A DNA stretch of 64,000 nucleotides, taken from the human T2T-CHM13v2.0 reference genome, Homo sapiens. Below, one piece after another: positions 1 to 14,413 of the stretch; the stretch's first letter is position 1; the number at the start of each line of letters is the position of its first letter. The notes below the pieces were generated by a model. The model worked only from the letters and a program-made list of their open reading frames with translations, made no database searches and was not told where the DNA came from. A program made the position numbers and the translations under genes. The DNA lies in NCBI RefSeq assembly GCF_009914755.1, contig NC_060926.1; one strand, 5' to 3'.

Positions 1-349
1 GCCACAGGGCAGAGCCAATGGGATGCTCAGTGGAAGCATAACTTGGAAACTTGGAGGGGAGCCAGGAGGAGAGGCATTCCTTTCTGTCAAGTGGGCACTC
101 TTAAGGTGCATGCCTCACCTTCACACCTTCACACATGAAATGATGTAATTTGTTAAGGGTGAAGACCAATATTATAGGGGTGATTGGCTCTTCTCTTTCC
201 TGATGTTCTTCTGAAAGTCTTTTGCACACTTCTCCCCAAAATAACTATTCTTTCAACTCAAGGCTGTTCTGCTTATATGCTTCTCTTCTTTGGTCTCTAA
301 GTCATGATTAGCATTGGGAGGGCTTTATCAGGAATACCTAACACATGCA

Positions 350-810
350 CCTTGCTGTGAGCCAGGCTGCATTCCAAGGACTTGAACTATATAAACTCAT
401 TTAATCCTCATGACAGCTCTGCCCTGGGTATTGTGGGACCGTATTTTACAAAGCTCTTAATGACTTGACCCCTGCTTGCCTTGCCAGCTGCATCTATTGT
501 CAGGTCCTGTTTCCACTCTAAGCACCAGCAGTACTGAACTTCTTTGAGTTACTTGAACAAACCATGCCTGAATACTGTAGCTAGTATTTATCGTACTCTT
601 TCTGTTGGCAAGTGTGTCTCCCCCTGCACTGTCTCCCCTTCTCTTTTCCTCAAACTCATGGATTAATATTATTGTTTCCCCCATTTTACAGATGAGGAAA
701 AGAAGCTTAGATAAGTTAAATGTCATGTCTAGATTATACACTTCAGAGAGGGATAATAATGTGGGAAAAGGATGAGCTTTGGACCTAGAAGTTATGTTAT
801 CCAACTTCAG
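350..810 (-). mobile_element. MIR SINE fragments (~350-450 and ~650-810)
   Basis: ctcatttaatcctca and cccattttacagatgaggaaa match the reverse-complemented MIR core. Confidence 0.75.
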
Positions 811-841
811 CTCTGCCATTTACTCGCTTAAACCTCAGAGA

Positions 842-1134
842 GGACAGGTGTGGTGGCTCACGCCTGTAATCCCAGCAATTTGGGAGGCTGAGGCAGGGGG
901 ATCACAAGGTCAGGAGTTCGAGACCAGCCTGATCAACATGGTGAAACCCCGTCTCTACTAAAAATACAAAAATTAGCTGGGCGTGGTGGTGCGTGCCTGT
1001 AATCCCAGCTACTCAGGAAGCTGAGGCAGGAGAATCGCTTGAACCCGGGAGGCAGAGTTTGCAGTGAGCCGATACCACGCCATTGCACTCCAGCCTGGAC
1101 AACAGAGCAAGACTCTGTCTCAAAAACAAACAAA
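842..1134 (+). mobile_element. Full-length AluS (Sg-like)
   Basis: Two-arm Alu, A-rich tail, TSD aaacctcagaga at 830-841 and 1135-1146. Confidence 0.95.
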
Positions 1135-1272
1135 AAACCTCAGAGAGTATAAGAAACAGATGCAGAGTGGCATATTGCGACAGATTTTGGTGATTGGGAG
1201 GGCCAACCCAGGCATGAGACAAAGGGATAAAATTAAGGGAAGAACAACAGAATGGAAAGGAAAGAATGTTTT

Positions 1273-1289
1273 CTCTTTTGTCTTTTACT

Positions 1290-1332
<43 letters not shown>

Positions 1333-1626
1333 TTTTTTGAGACAGAGCCTTGCTCTGTTTCCCAGGCTGGAGTGAAGCGGTGTGATCATGGCTCACCACA
1401 GCCTCAACTTCCTGGGCTCAAACGATCCTCCTGCCTCAGCCCTCCTGAGTAGCTGAGACAATAGGCATATACCACCACACTCGGCTGTTTTATAATTTTT
1501 TATTTTTTAGTAGAGACAAGGTCTTACTCTTTCCCAGTCTGGTCTCGAATTCCTGATCTCAGGTGATCCTCCACCTTGGTCCCTGAAAGTGTTGGGATTA
1601 TGGGCATGAGCCACTTTGCCCAGCCT
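1273..1626 (-). mobile_element. AluJ with (TTTA)n tail microsatellite
   Basis: Antisense Alu, TSD ggaaagaatgtttt at 1259-1272 and 1627-1640, (TTTA)n at ~1290-1332. Confidence 0.93.
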
Positions 1627-1747
1627 GGAAAGAATGTTTTTGAAAGATGATGTTAATAAAGAACAAACAGGATTCCACTGATTAAATTAGGACATGTGCA
1701 CATTCTGTGCCCCAAACAGGAGTATGAGTGTGTCACTTTCTATATAG

Positions 1748-1806
1748 GAAAATGAGTGCAGAGAATGGACAGCAGAGGGAGCCCTTGATGAGTTTTGACC
1801 ATCAAG
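1748..1806 (+). other. Candidate spliced exon (59 nt)
   Basis: cactttctatatag| ... CAAG|gtaaga; splice signals only, no transcript evidence. Confidence 0.25.
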
Positions 1807-1959
1807 GTAAGAAGACGGAGGGAGTGACATTTTCCCTGGTGCTCTCAGACCATGAGCTTATTTCTCCCCACTCTATCTTTACTTCTTTACAATAATGGTT
1901 GTATATTATTTCCTAACAGAAGTGGCCATGATGTGCTAGCAATTATGCCTGTCCTCACA

Positions 1960-2110
1960 ATTCTCTGTGAGCGTGCTGCTCTATTCCTTCCTCTTCACAA
2001 TATGAAGAAAGTAAGGCTCAGAGAACTGCCCCAAGTTGAGTTACACAACTGGTACATAATTGAGTCAGGATTCCAATTCTTAGGGCTCTGGGATTCTAAG
2101 TGAATCCTCA
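1960..2110 (-). mobile_element. MIR fragment
   Basis: atgaagaaagtaaggctcagaga...caggattccaa matches the antisense MIR core. Confidence 0.65.
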
Positions 2111-2823
2111 TGCCAAAGTCACTGTTCTGTGCCCTCACATCTATGGTCGTTTTCCCCCCTCTGCAAATGCAAAGAGGGTTAGAAAGACACTCTCAGAGTA
2201 ACATAGTAGGTTCATTTTAGCAGGGACATTTCAGAAACACAATGTATTAACTCAAGGGAGGTACCCCACACCCAGCAGGCTTGTGGGAAAAGAAATGTGG
2301 AGGCTGGTGGCAATGGCAGTATCCAGGATGTGGATATGGGGGCTTTAAAATACCCCCATAATTTCCATTTACCACCACCCCTACCTGGTCTCTTATAAAA
2401 AACTGACATTATCTGAATTTTATGTCAAAAGCTTTGCAAATACAGCTTCAAAACCCTTCCTGGCTGCCACCTCCCAACCTTCCCTAAGCTCCACTGTGGC
2501 TGGCCTTTCCTGGCAGCACTCAGCCTCCCTCTGGTGAGTGATGGTGGGTTGGGCCAGGCTGTATGTGCTTAGAGACCCTCAAATTGAAGGAGCTCCAATT
2601 CCACATCCATAGTTGCCACAAAATAAAGACTCCTGTCTTCTCTCCTTTTTCTGGGACCCCCACTGCGTAGCTCGGCATGGGTCCAAGTCTTCAGGGGGGG
2701 CTCAGCAAAGACTTGGTGACAGGCTGATTGATGGATTCTCGCCTTGCCTGCCCTCTCGCCCACTCCTGCAGGCTCTGGCCCTGGTCCACTGTCCAGCTGC
2801 CTAAGGGGTCTGCTTTTCTTTGT

Positions 2824-2844
2824 TGAGTCAGCACCAATGAGTCA
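2824..2844. promoter_or_regulatory. Tandem AP-1 sites, the first extended to an NF-E2/NRF2-sMAF element
   Basis: TGAGTCAGCA at 2824-2833 and TGAGTCA at 2838-2844 in non-repeat sequence. Confidence 0.45.
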
Positions 2845-3129
2845 GGGCCAAAATCAGCTGCAGGGAGTGGGGAGTACTGCAGGAAATTGTGGGGTTGGAG
2901 TAAGAATTTAGTGGCCCTAAAGGAAGGTATAGCCAGGAGCATCTGAAGGGATGGCACTGGGGGAGGTGGTCAGAGGAGGACCCTCTCTGACCTGCTGATG
3001 TTGTTGACCATTGGCTCTTGATGGAGCACTTTCCTGTAGTAAAACACAAGAGCTTACTCAAGTCATTGCCTAGGGCCCTAAAAAAAACCCCAGTCTTGTG
3101 TCTTTTGTGCTTCAACTCTACTCTTCTAG

Positions 3130-3190
3130 AGATGCCAAAATGGAACCAAATCTCCATGAACTCTGCTAATGGAAGACGAGGAAAAGGCAG
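3130..3190 (+). other. Candidate spliced exon (61 nt)
   Basis: Pyrimidine tract ending ctcttctag| and consensus donor CAG|gtaagt. Confidence 0.35.
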
Positions 3191-3316
3191 GTAAGTGAAA
3201 TTCTCAGATACATCCCAACAGCAGTTCAACACTGTCCTTTTGCTGGAGCTGCTGAGTTTTCATCCTCAGTGGCTGATGGCATCGGCTGCCCTCCTTCTGT
3301 ATTTGCTCATCCACAG

Positions 3317-3367
3317 GTTGTACACACTAGTAGTGTGGACAGGAGGAGAGTTGGATATTGCTGGAAG
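3317..3367 (+). other. Candidate spliced exon (51 nt)
   Basis: ctcatccacag| ... AAG|gtaggt. Confidence 0.25.
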
Positions 3368-3761
3368 GTAGGTAAAGCTGGGCTCATGATGTGGCTCTAT
3401 ACTCAGATTTGCAGGCCATGGTCCCAGGGAATTTTGTTCATTTTATCCTACTAAGCCTCACAACAGGAGCCCGTCAGCCCCCTAAGACAGGAGCAAGGAA
3501 CAATAATGGTCCCAGGAATGGAAGTCCTACGCCTTTTATAGAACAGCATTGGTGGAACACACCCAGGCTTCCCATATCCTGTGCCCAGGTAGACCACGCA
3601 ACAAAGACCATGCAGCCAACAGACCCTCGTGCGTCCTTCCATATTATTGCCCTTCTTTTGGTAGACAGAGGCCCAAAATATTTTCAAGGGGACATTCTCA
3701 TTCTCCTTGGCCCTCTCTTGATGATCTATCTCTTGGGAATGAAGCTCAAGAGTCCAACTTA

Positions 3762-3830
3762 GCCAGGCACAGTAGCTCATACCTGTAGTCCCAGCTACTT
3801 GAGAGGCTGAGGAAGGAGTTGTCTTCACCC
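3762..3830 (+). mobile_element. Short Alu monomer fragment
   Basis: gccaggcacagtagctcatacctgtagtcccagctacttgagaggctgagg. Confidence 0.8.
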
Positions 3831-3964
3831 CTCAAGAATAGGGCAGTGGTGAAAACAGGTCTTGGTTTAAAAATTGAAGACTAGAGCAATCGTTACCACA
3901 TGGTGATATCACAGATTCTTGGTGTATCCCAGACAGATGAGGTCTTAGAGATGACCTGGTGCAA

Positions 3965-4215
3965 CACGGAGATTAAGAGGCTGGGCTCTGGTGTCAGGCC
4001 ATTTGTATTCTATCAGTAATTATTCTTAGTATCTAAGTACTCTTAGTACCCACTGGGTAAGTTTCCTAACCTCTCGAGGCCTCTGTTTCCTGGTCTATAA
4101 AATGAGGATAATAATAATACCAACCTCATAGGTTGTTATAAGGATAAAATGAGATAATTTTTCTAAAATGCTTAGCCAGACACATGATAAGCAATCAATT
4201 TATGTTTGATATTTT
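3965..4215 (+). mobile_element. MIR
   Basis: aacctctc...ctgtttcctggtctataaaatgaggataataataataccaacctcatagg core. Confidence 0.85.
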
Positions 4216-4360
4216 TTATCACTATGTTATCGTCTTCACTTCATAGACATTGAAACTAAGGCCCTAAGAGGTAATGTTTCTTAAAGTCACAAAGGCAAAC
4301 TAATTGTATATGAACATTTCCACTGATTGGAAATAAGGGGACATAAGCCAGGAAAGGCCA

Positions 4361-4640
4361 GGTTATGTTTCAGTAATAACTCCCAAATGTCCACTTCCTG
4401 CCTACATTCCATGTCCACTGTGGGTCAGCTGTAGGCTCTACTAGGTCCTATTACTGTCCTTGTTTCAGGACCAAGGTAGATGAAGTACACGGCCAGCCCT
4501 TTGGAAGTGACTCAGATCACTTCTGCCTACATTTCATGAACAAAGCAAGCCACATAGCTTATGGGAGTTCAACAGTATGGGTAAGCATAATCTTCTTACA
4601 GGGAGGTAAACAGATATTGGTGAAGAATAATATAATTTAT
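4361..4640 (-). mobile_element. Old MaLR LTR fragment (MLT1J/K-like)
   Basis: ggttatgtttcagtaataac start and ggaagtgactcagatcacttctgcctacatttca...aagcaagccacat motif. Confidence 0.55.
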
Positions 4641-5442
4641 GACCATCTGCTATCTAAGCAAAGATGATCTTAGTATGAGCTATCCCCTGGCATTAACCAA
4701 TTGAAACACCTGCCCCAAGATGTCAAAATTGGTATGCGAAACTAGAAGACCCTTCTGCAGCATTAACAGGAACATCTATTGATGCCCACTCCTTGAAAAA
4801 ATTTCTCAAAATCCCCAAACCATGGACAAAATAAAAACTTCCACTTACTGAATATTAATCACACTGTCATGTGGCTCACCCTAGGATGTCCTTATACCAG
4901 AACATCACAGAGGGTTCACCTCCCCTCTCACCTCTTAAAGTGTTTCCAACCTATCTCATCCTATTTCATTCCCTTTTGCATTTCATTCCATTAACATCTG
5001 ATGGTTTGGTGCTAATTACTGGTCTAGATGGTAGAAACACAAGAGAAGGGGGCACTTATCTTTAAGGAAGGAGGAAAACTTCCCTCCAGTGGGGGGAGAC
5101 TAATAGTAAAGTCAATACATAGAATATATTGTAAGTGCTGGTATGGGCTGAAGGCTGTGGAACCACAAAGGAGAGTCACTTAATCTAGCCTGGGAATGTC
5201 AGAAAAGTTTGGCAGGGGAAAGCTGAGGTTGCTGGAATTTCATTCTTAAGAAGGTGTGAGAATTATGCAACTGGTCATCATCATGATGATGTTGGAGACG
5301 AACATTTACATCTTTGTAGAAGCAAGTATTTAGGGTTCCTAGTATTTCTTATTTATTATCGAGCATCTTTTCTGAGTGTTGGGCATTGGCAATGTGCTAG
5401 GCAGTTAAATGACACAGTCCATGCCTTTTGGGACTTAAGTAA

Positions 5443-5640
5443 GCAGAGGGTCTCAAAGAATAGGTCTTTCTTGAAGACCAGAATAAGTCTTAAAGAAAAG
5501 GTGAATCTCCCAGGGAGCTTGTTCATAATGCAGACTTGTGGGTTCTACCCTAGATTTTCTGGATGTGGAACCCAGAAATTGACATTTCAAACAAGTGCCT
5601 GTGATACTTTGATCATACTTGAAGTTTGAAGGTTACTGCT
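5443..5640. mobile_element. MER5 (hAT-Charlie) DNA transposon
   Basis: cagagggtctcaaa...gaatctcccagggagcttgtt...agtttgaaggttactg with degenerate terminal inverted repeats. Confidence 0.65.
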
Positions 5641-6063
5641 CAAAAGACAGCCATAATATTGATGCATGTAGAGAGGGCCCAGGGAAAAATGGGTTGAGCT
5701 TATTGAACAAAGAAATACATTGGAGTAAAAAATATTTGTGTTACCTGTGAATCAGAGGCCAATGCCCTTTGAAGTGTGGTGTAAAGGTTAGAGAACTTGG
5801 CATTTCTTTTGCAAGGCTGCTGTTGACTTCAGTTCAGGACCATCTCTTCAAAACTGCTTTCTTGTGCTAACATGTTTCTTTTTTTTTTTTTTTAATTATG
5901 TTGCCTTTTATCTCTTCCAATAAAACAATTTTATGGCAGAATCTGGTACCCACTTTGTGTACAACAGCCAATTAGAGGTAAAGGTGATTAATGAATAAAT
6001 AAAGGACTAATGACATCTCTCTGTTGGCTTACAGTTTACACATAACTTAGATTGGTCTCCATC

Positions 6064-6354
6064 TTTTTTTTTTTTAAGAGGGTCTCCCTCTGTTGCTCAG
6101 GCTGGAGGGCAGTGGCACAATCATAGCTCACTGCATCCTCAAACTCCTGAGCTTAAGCAATCCTTCTACTCAGCCTCATGAGTAGCTAGGACTACTGATG
6201 CATAACATCATGCCTGGCTAGTATTTTAAATTTTTGTAGAGATGGGATCTTGCTATGTTGCCCAGGCTGGTCTTGAACTCTTGGCCTCAAGGAATCCTTC
6301 TGCCTTGGTCTCCCAAAATGCTGGGACTATAGTTGTGAGGCACAGCACCCAGCC
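6064..6354 (-). mobile_element. AluJ inserted in a MIR
   Basis: Antisense dimeric Alu with poly-T; MIR core resumes at ~6360-6500. Confidence 0.93.
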
Positions 6355-7085
6355 TGTCTCATTTGATTTACCAATACCATGGGGATAGATGTTCTTATTA
6401 GCTTCATTTTTCAGTTGAGGAAACTGGATTTGGAGAGGATAGGCAACCTACCCAAGGTCACGTAAGGTGACTGATAGACTAGCCATGCTGAGATGGGCTT
6501 TGTTGAGAACTGTCTTTGGGACTATTCCATCATCTCTAATAACTCTGAATGAGCAATTGGCCTCATTTATACCCAGACTGCCTCTGGCAGAGAATTCACT
6601 CCTACGAAAAAGCTCCATGAATCCCACACCTATCACTTCATCCCCCGCCCTTGGATTCTGGCATCCCTTAACACTGTGGTGGTCCAGATGAGTGTGAGGG
6701 AGAGAATGCAGAAAAGACCAAACGAAGGGTCAGAAGATGGAGGCCTCCTCTCACTCCCTAAACCCAGCAGGCTGTCTATAGCCCATGAGATGAACTTTAG
6801 GAAAACCAAAAAGAAGTTTCTTGTGGTTTGCAGTCCTCTTCATCTCCTCTCAACTGTCCTTCACCTCTGGCCCCTTGCCTAACTTTTAGCTTGGTGTTCT
6901 TTCTGTCCCAATGGGACTGTGAACTCTCTCAAAGTGAAAAAATTAGGGAGCTTATGTGTTACACGGGCATATTTTTGCTTTGAACACAAGGCCAATTTTG
7001 GGAGCTGTATAACCCTAAGGAACAGATGATTAGGAGGAGAGTCTTGGCTGGGAAGGAATCTCTCTGTTGTCTGTCATTAGGGAGT

Positions 7086-7765
<680 letters not shown>

Positions 7766-8289
7766 GGGAGAATTCCAGAGAACTATTTTCAGACCTCTGG
7801 TGAAAGGAGGAAAAAAACCAAAGACCCTAGAGAGTCTCCTTCCTTTTCTTTGTTACGTACTTTCTGTGTTAGTTCTTTGTTGTGGTACCAGCAATAGAAG
7901 ATGGCTTTGGCTTTAGAAAGCTGGGCTAGCATCCCAGCTCCACCAAACACGTGCAGTGACCTTGACAAGTCTCTTTACCCCTGTTAGGCCCATTTGTTCC
8001 CCCATTTGTTGAGTGGCTATAGAAAGGCCCACCCTGTCCACCTCTGAGGGTGTCTATGATACTCAAAGGAGAAGCTGTGCAGGGGTGAATTAGTGCAAGC
8101 TGCACAGCATGGAAGATTCCTGGGGGACTTGTGCAGAGTCAGAATGGAGGTGTGCAGCCCCTGAGGACAGGTCTTTATGAGTGACAGCCCTGAGTCCAAT
8201 GGAGGATTTTCACTGGATCATCCTGCCATGAACATGAGCAAGGGTCACCAGCTAAGCTGTCATAGCCGTCAGAAGCTAATAAGGCAGTA

Positions 8290-8540
8290 GAGGGGACCAG
8301 TTCAGAGGGTGGGCTTGAGCCAGACTACCTCGGTCTTCTTGACTCTGGCTCTCCCTAGCTATGTGACTCTGGGAAGACATTTAACTTCTCCAAACCTCAG
8401 TTTCCCCGTTTGTAAAATGGAGATAATAACTATCTATCTCAAGAAATTTCTCTGAAAATTAAATAAGACAAGAGTGGAGTGCTTAGCAAAATACGTGACA
8501 CAAGAAAGAAGTCCATGAGTGTTAGCTGCTGTTTTTGTTA
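8290..8540 (+). mobile_element. MIR
   Basis: cctcagtttccccgtttgtaaaatggagataataac core. Confidence 0.85.
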
Positions 8541-9041
8541 CTATATTTGACTGCATGGACTAAGCTGAGGTCAGTGCTTTTCTGGGTGGTCACAGGGCCT
8601 GTGCTGGCGGGGCCTGAAAGGCACAGGCTAGGCACTGAGCAAGTGGAAGAATTAATTAAGTTGATAAACCGATGGAATCAATGAATAATGCATTGACACT
8701 TGTACATACCATAGACAGGCAAATGCATGTCTGATTGGATTGTTCTGTTTCTGTGTGCTCTCTGTGATGTAGGGGTAGGGCCAGTCACACAAGAGTCCAT
8801 GTGCTGCCATGTCCTGTAAAACAGACAGAATTAGACCCTGTTTTGCCTCACAGTCCTCTCTCGGGTCCCTCAAGGGAAAGAGGAGTGACTCTGACTGTAA
8901 AGCTTTTCATACTGGCCATGTGGCCACTTCCAGTCCTGGAAGTGTATGTATATTCTCAGCACCAAACCCCTACTCCAATGTGCTCCTCCTCCCCCACCTT
9001 AATCTTAAATGAAAATGAGGCTGCAGGAAAGCTGCTGTGCT

Positions 9042-9273
9042 GTTTTATTGAAAACAGGTCCAGTTGGCAACAGCTTGCAGTTCCTGGGCTCAAGTGATGC
9101 TCCCCGCTCAGCCTCCAGAGTAGCTGGGACTACAGGTGTGCACCACCATACCTGGCTACTTTTAAAATTTTTTTGTAGAGAAGTGGTCTCACTATGTTAC
9201 CATGCTGATCTTAAACTCCTAGACTCAAGCAATCCTTCTGCCTTGGCCTCCCAAAGGGCCACTACTCCTGGTC
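9042..9273 (-). mobile_element. Internally deleted AluJ
   Basis: ctcctgggctcaagtgat-type arms with missing segments. Confidence 0.8.
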
Positions 9274-9469
9274 CATGCAAATATTCTTATCTCCAGCTCC
9301 CACCTTTCTTTACACAAAAGTTTTGCAGGTTAAATAGATATGGACCTACTTGTTTTACTTAACCATATACCTTGGAGATATTTCCATAGTATTCCATACA
9401 GAGCATGTTCATTCTTGGTTTTTACTAGCTACATAGAATTTTTTTCCTTTTGTTTCTTTGTTTTGTCCT

Positions 9470-9655
9470 CCCTCCCTCCCTCCATCCCTTGCTCCCTCCC
9501 TCTCTCTCTTTCTTTCCTCTTGCCCCTTTCCTTTCCTTTCTTTTCTTTTCCTTTCCTTTCCTTTCCTTTCCTTTCCTTTCCTTTCCTCTCCTCTCCTTTC
9601 CTTTCCTTTCCTCTCTCTCTCTCTCTCTCTCTCTTTTTCTCTCTTTCTTTCCTCC
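9470..9655. repeat. Polypyrimidine simple repeat (CCCT/CCTTT/CT), expanded Alu tail
   Basis: Almost pure C/T tract abutting an antisense Alu. Confidence 0.95.
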
Positions 9656-9945
9656 TCACTTGGTCACCCAGGGTACAGTGCCATGGTGTGATCACAGCTC
9701 ACTGCACTGCAGCCTCTACCTCCTACACTCAAGCCATCCTCCCACCTCAGCCCGGCCCCCGAGGAGCTGGGACTATAGGATAGGTATGCGCCACCACACC
9801 TGGCTAATTTTTTCTCTTTTTTTTAGAGACAGGGTTTCACCACATTGCCCAGGCTGGTCTTGAACTCCTGGGTTCAAGCAAACCAATCCGCCTGCCTCAG
9901 CCTCCCAAAGTGCTGGTATTACAGGTGTAGCCACTGTACTCGGCC
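9656..9945 (-). mobile_element. AluJ
   Basis: Antisense dimeric Alu ending ...ccactgtactcggcc. Confidence 0.9.
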
Positions 9946-10028
9946 ACAGTTTTCATTGTATGCATCTACCAGAATTTATTTAAACCAGACATTCTATTAA
10001 TGAATATTTAGGTTTGTTCCTATTATTT

Positions 10029-10462
10029 TGTTGCACAGTGGGCAGATCTTATGTAAATGTATTCCTAAAGGCTGAGGAAGCTGACAGACCAAAGAGGCTG
10101 ATAAATCCAGTGTCTCACATTTAATAGGGATTTATGAACAGAAACCATCATCTCAGCAGGAGATAGTAGATCCTGGGCCATTACCCCCCAGACCCAGGGC
10201 TTCTATACCCTAGAGAAGGAATGTGTAGGATAATTGAAGTTGGCCCCTTAGGGAAAGGCAAGAATGCTATGTGAATCTGCCTAAGGGCAGGATTTATGGT
10301 CAAGGTTGTTTTGATCTAAGTGCAGAATTTATGGTAAGTACATGCTCTTACACAAGGAACAGTAGATAAAATAGAAATCTTAGAGGTATTCCCGGAACTG
10401 GGATTAATCAGAAGTCAACATGGTGGATTAGCATGTAAGATGGAGTTGCTTTAACCTGCACA
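10029..10462 (-). mobile_element. ERV1-class solo LTR (MER87-like, subfamily uncertain) inside old L1
   Basis: tgt...aca termini; minus strand begins TGTGCAGGTTAAAGCAACTCCATCTT; L1M-like sequence on both sides. Confidence 0.65.
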
Positions 10463-10613
10463 TCTTTGCTATTACAAATAGTGCTATTATATATATATAA
10501 AATATGATTTATATATGATATATATATAAAAGTGTGAATAATCTTGCTGTTTTCTTTTATGATTTAATTTTTCAGTCTATAAGATTGAACATATGTCATT
10601 TTGTTTATACATG

Positions 10614-10988
10614 TGTTATAGATTGAGTATTTGTGTTCCCCCATCAAATACGCTGAAGCCTTAACTCCCAGTATGACTCTATTGGGAGATAGGGCCCGTG
10701 AGGAGGTAATAAAGGTTAAATGAGGGCATAATGGTGAGGCCCTGACCCATTAGGCCTGGTACCCTTATAAGAAAAGCAAGAGACATCAGAGATCTTTCTC
10801 TGCCATGTGAGGACACAGTGAGAAAGTGGCTGTCTGTAAGCCAGGAAGACATCCTTTACCAGGAACCAAATCAGCCAGCACCTTCATCTTGAACTTCCTG
10901 GCATCCAGAACTATAAGGAATAAATTTATGTTGTTTAAGTCACCCAGTCTTTGGTATTTTGTTATGGCAGCCTGAGCTTACTAGTACA
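10614..10988 (+). mobile_element. MLT1A-type MaLR solo LTR
   Basis: tgttatagattga...aaggttaaatgagg...ccatgtgaggacacag...ttgttatggcagcctgagcttactagtaca. Confidence 0.88.
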
Positions 10989-11559
10989 GTAAGCATATCT
11001 GAAGGCTAAAATTGCCAGAAATAGAAACATGTAATCACTAGGTCAAGAGGTGAGTGCATTTACAAATTTGATAGGTGTTGCCGAATTACTGAATGAAAGG
11101 GATACCCACTTTAATTCCCTTCAGCAGTATACAGTAGTGCATGTTTACCCACAGCTTCACCATCAAGTTGTTTTCAAACTTAGTTTTTTCCCCTAAACTG
11201 AAAGGTGAAAGTGATTATTTTATATTCTTAACCTAGTTTATTTACCAAGGAAATAACTCTATTACTATTGTAAATTGAATGCTAGCATATTTTCACATAT
11301 AGAATGTAACTGTCAGAATAAAAACAAAAAATACTATTAAATTTGTGCTGAATGTTGTTGCCTATAGAAAGGTCTGAGTCTGAGATGTGTTCTTTCTTGT
11401 TAAAAAGAGAAATCAGGAAGTTTAAAGGGATGTTAATGACAGGTTGAAACTGAGGCTTCTTGTTGATGTAATCCAACAGTGGAAATCAGTCTGACTGTGG
11501 TCCCACACTCTCTTACCTTCTGCCATCCCGCCCAATCTGCTGTTGTGTAGCTGAGGCTA

Positions 11560-12368
11560 TGTTGTGTTAGATAAGCCAAGGGAGCCATCAGCTAGGTGGT
11601 TCTACATGCATAACTGCAAAACCAGCCCAATCTGGTTCAACTTTGTGTTATAAAATGGTTACATTTCAGTTACCTCCATGTTGCAGGTAACCTAAGCAAA
11701 CCCAAATGGACCAAATGCAACGCTGATGGAATCTAAGTGCTCAGACCAAGGAACGGGGACTGAAATAACAGTGGACACCACATGGCATGATCCAATCAGA
11801 TTGAGCCCTGGAAAGATCATCCCATGGCAAGATCCAGTTAGATTACACTTCCTGGCATCACCTCATTGCAAGATCCAAGATCATGCCTCATTACCTTCTG
11901 CCTGTAAAACCTGCCCCAGCCCCCAGCTCCAGGAGACAGATTTGAGCCAGGCTCCTGTCTTTCTCTGCAGCCTTGCAATAAACTTTTCTTTCTACAAAAA
12001 CCCAGTGCTTTGGTGTTTGGATTTTTTTTTTTTTTTTTAAATACAGGGTCTTGCTCTGTAACCTAGGCAGTGGCACGATCACGGCTCACTGTAGTCTTGA
12101 ACTCTGGGGCTCAAGCAATCCTCCTGCCTCAGCCTCCCAAGTAGCTGGGACTACAGGTGCATGCCACTGGGCCTGGCTAATTTTAAAAAATTCTTTTGGG
12201 AAGACAGAGTCTCACTATGTTGCCCAGGCTGGTCTTGAACTCCACCTTGGTCAGTTCTCTCACCTTGGCCTGCCAAAGTGCTGGGATTACAGGCGTGAGC
12301 TACCACGCCCAGCCATGTTTGGCTTTTCATTGCATGCAGTCAAACAGACCCAGTTCAGTTTGGTAACA
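11560..12368 (+). mobile_element. ERV solo LTR (LTR47-like, subfamily uncertain) split by an Alu
   Basis: Repeated catggca(a)gatcca units, TATA-like tgtaaaa, aataaa, 3' end ggtaaca. Confidence 0.6.
12021..12314 (-). mobile_element. AluJ nested in LTR
   Basis: Antisense Alu flanked by repeated tgtttgg. Confidence 0.92.
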
Positions 12369-13279
12369 CACATAGCTGTCTGGATGGGCACAAGGAAGGC
12401 TTGATCCTGCTTACAGGCTCACTGGGTAAAAGTGAGCAGGTCCCTGAGGCTCACCACATGTTGGCCTTGTCCCAGTAAGGAGAAAAGTGCCTGCCTCTTG
12501 CACTTTCCCAGGGAGGAAGGTTCTGGAGCAGGAGTTTTACCCTAGTTTCTGACCAAGTGCCTGCTAATGGTAGTTTCCTAAGTCACATTTTTTAGACTTT
12601 TTAAAATTTAGTAGACTTTATTTTTTAGAATAGTTTTAGATTTAAGGAAAATTTGAGCAGATAGCACAGAGAGTTCCCATGTGCCCTCCATATATACATA
12701 ATGTTCTGTATTATTAACATTTTACATTTGTGTGCTCTATTTGTTATAATCAATGAACCAATATTGATACATTATTATGTACTAAAGTCGATAGTTTCTA
12801 CCTGATGTCTATTTCTATTTGAGGATCTCATCCAGGGTACCACAGTACATTGACTTGTGGTGCCTCCTCAGATTCCTCTTGGCTGTGACAGTTTCTCAGA
12901 CTTTTCTTGGTTTTAATGATCTTGACAGTTTTGAGTAGCACTGGCTGGGTATTTTGTAGGAAGCCCCTTTATGGGAATTAGTCTGATGTTTTGTTTCATG
13001 ATTAGCCTGGGGTTTTGGGTTTTTGGGAAGAGGACCTCAGGTAAAGTGCCATTCTAATGACATCATATCAAAGGCACATGTTACCAACATGATTTATCAC
13101 TTTTACGTTGACCTTGATCACCTGGTTCAGCAGTGTTTATCTGGTTTCTCCACTGTTAAGGTACTCTTTCCCCACTTTCCTACTCTTTAGAAGGAAGTCA
13201 CTCTGCCCAGCCCACATGTAAGGAATGGAGAGTTATGTTCCCTCTTCTGGAGGGTACAATATCTACATCAATTATTTAG

Positions 13280-13769
<490 letters not shown>

Positions 13770-13771
13770 CA

Positions 13772-14413
<642 letters not shown>

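Noticed and set aside
3391-3828. Overlapping 123-aa and 125-aa ORFs on opposite strands
   Set aside because: Non-ATG starts, no recognisable homology, one begins in an Alu fragment
9340-9863. Phe/Ser/Leu-rich and Lys/Glu/Arg-rich ORFs (also 59667-59983 and 62743-63360)
   Set aside because: Polypyrimidine simple repeats lack stop codons
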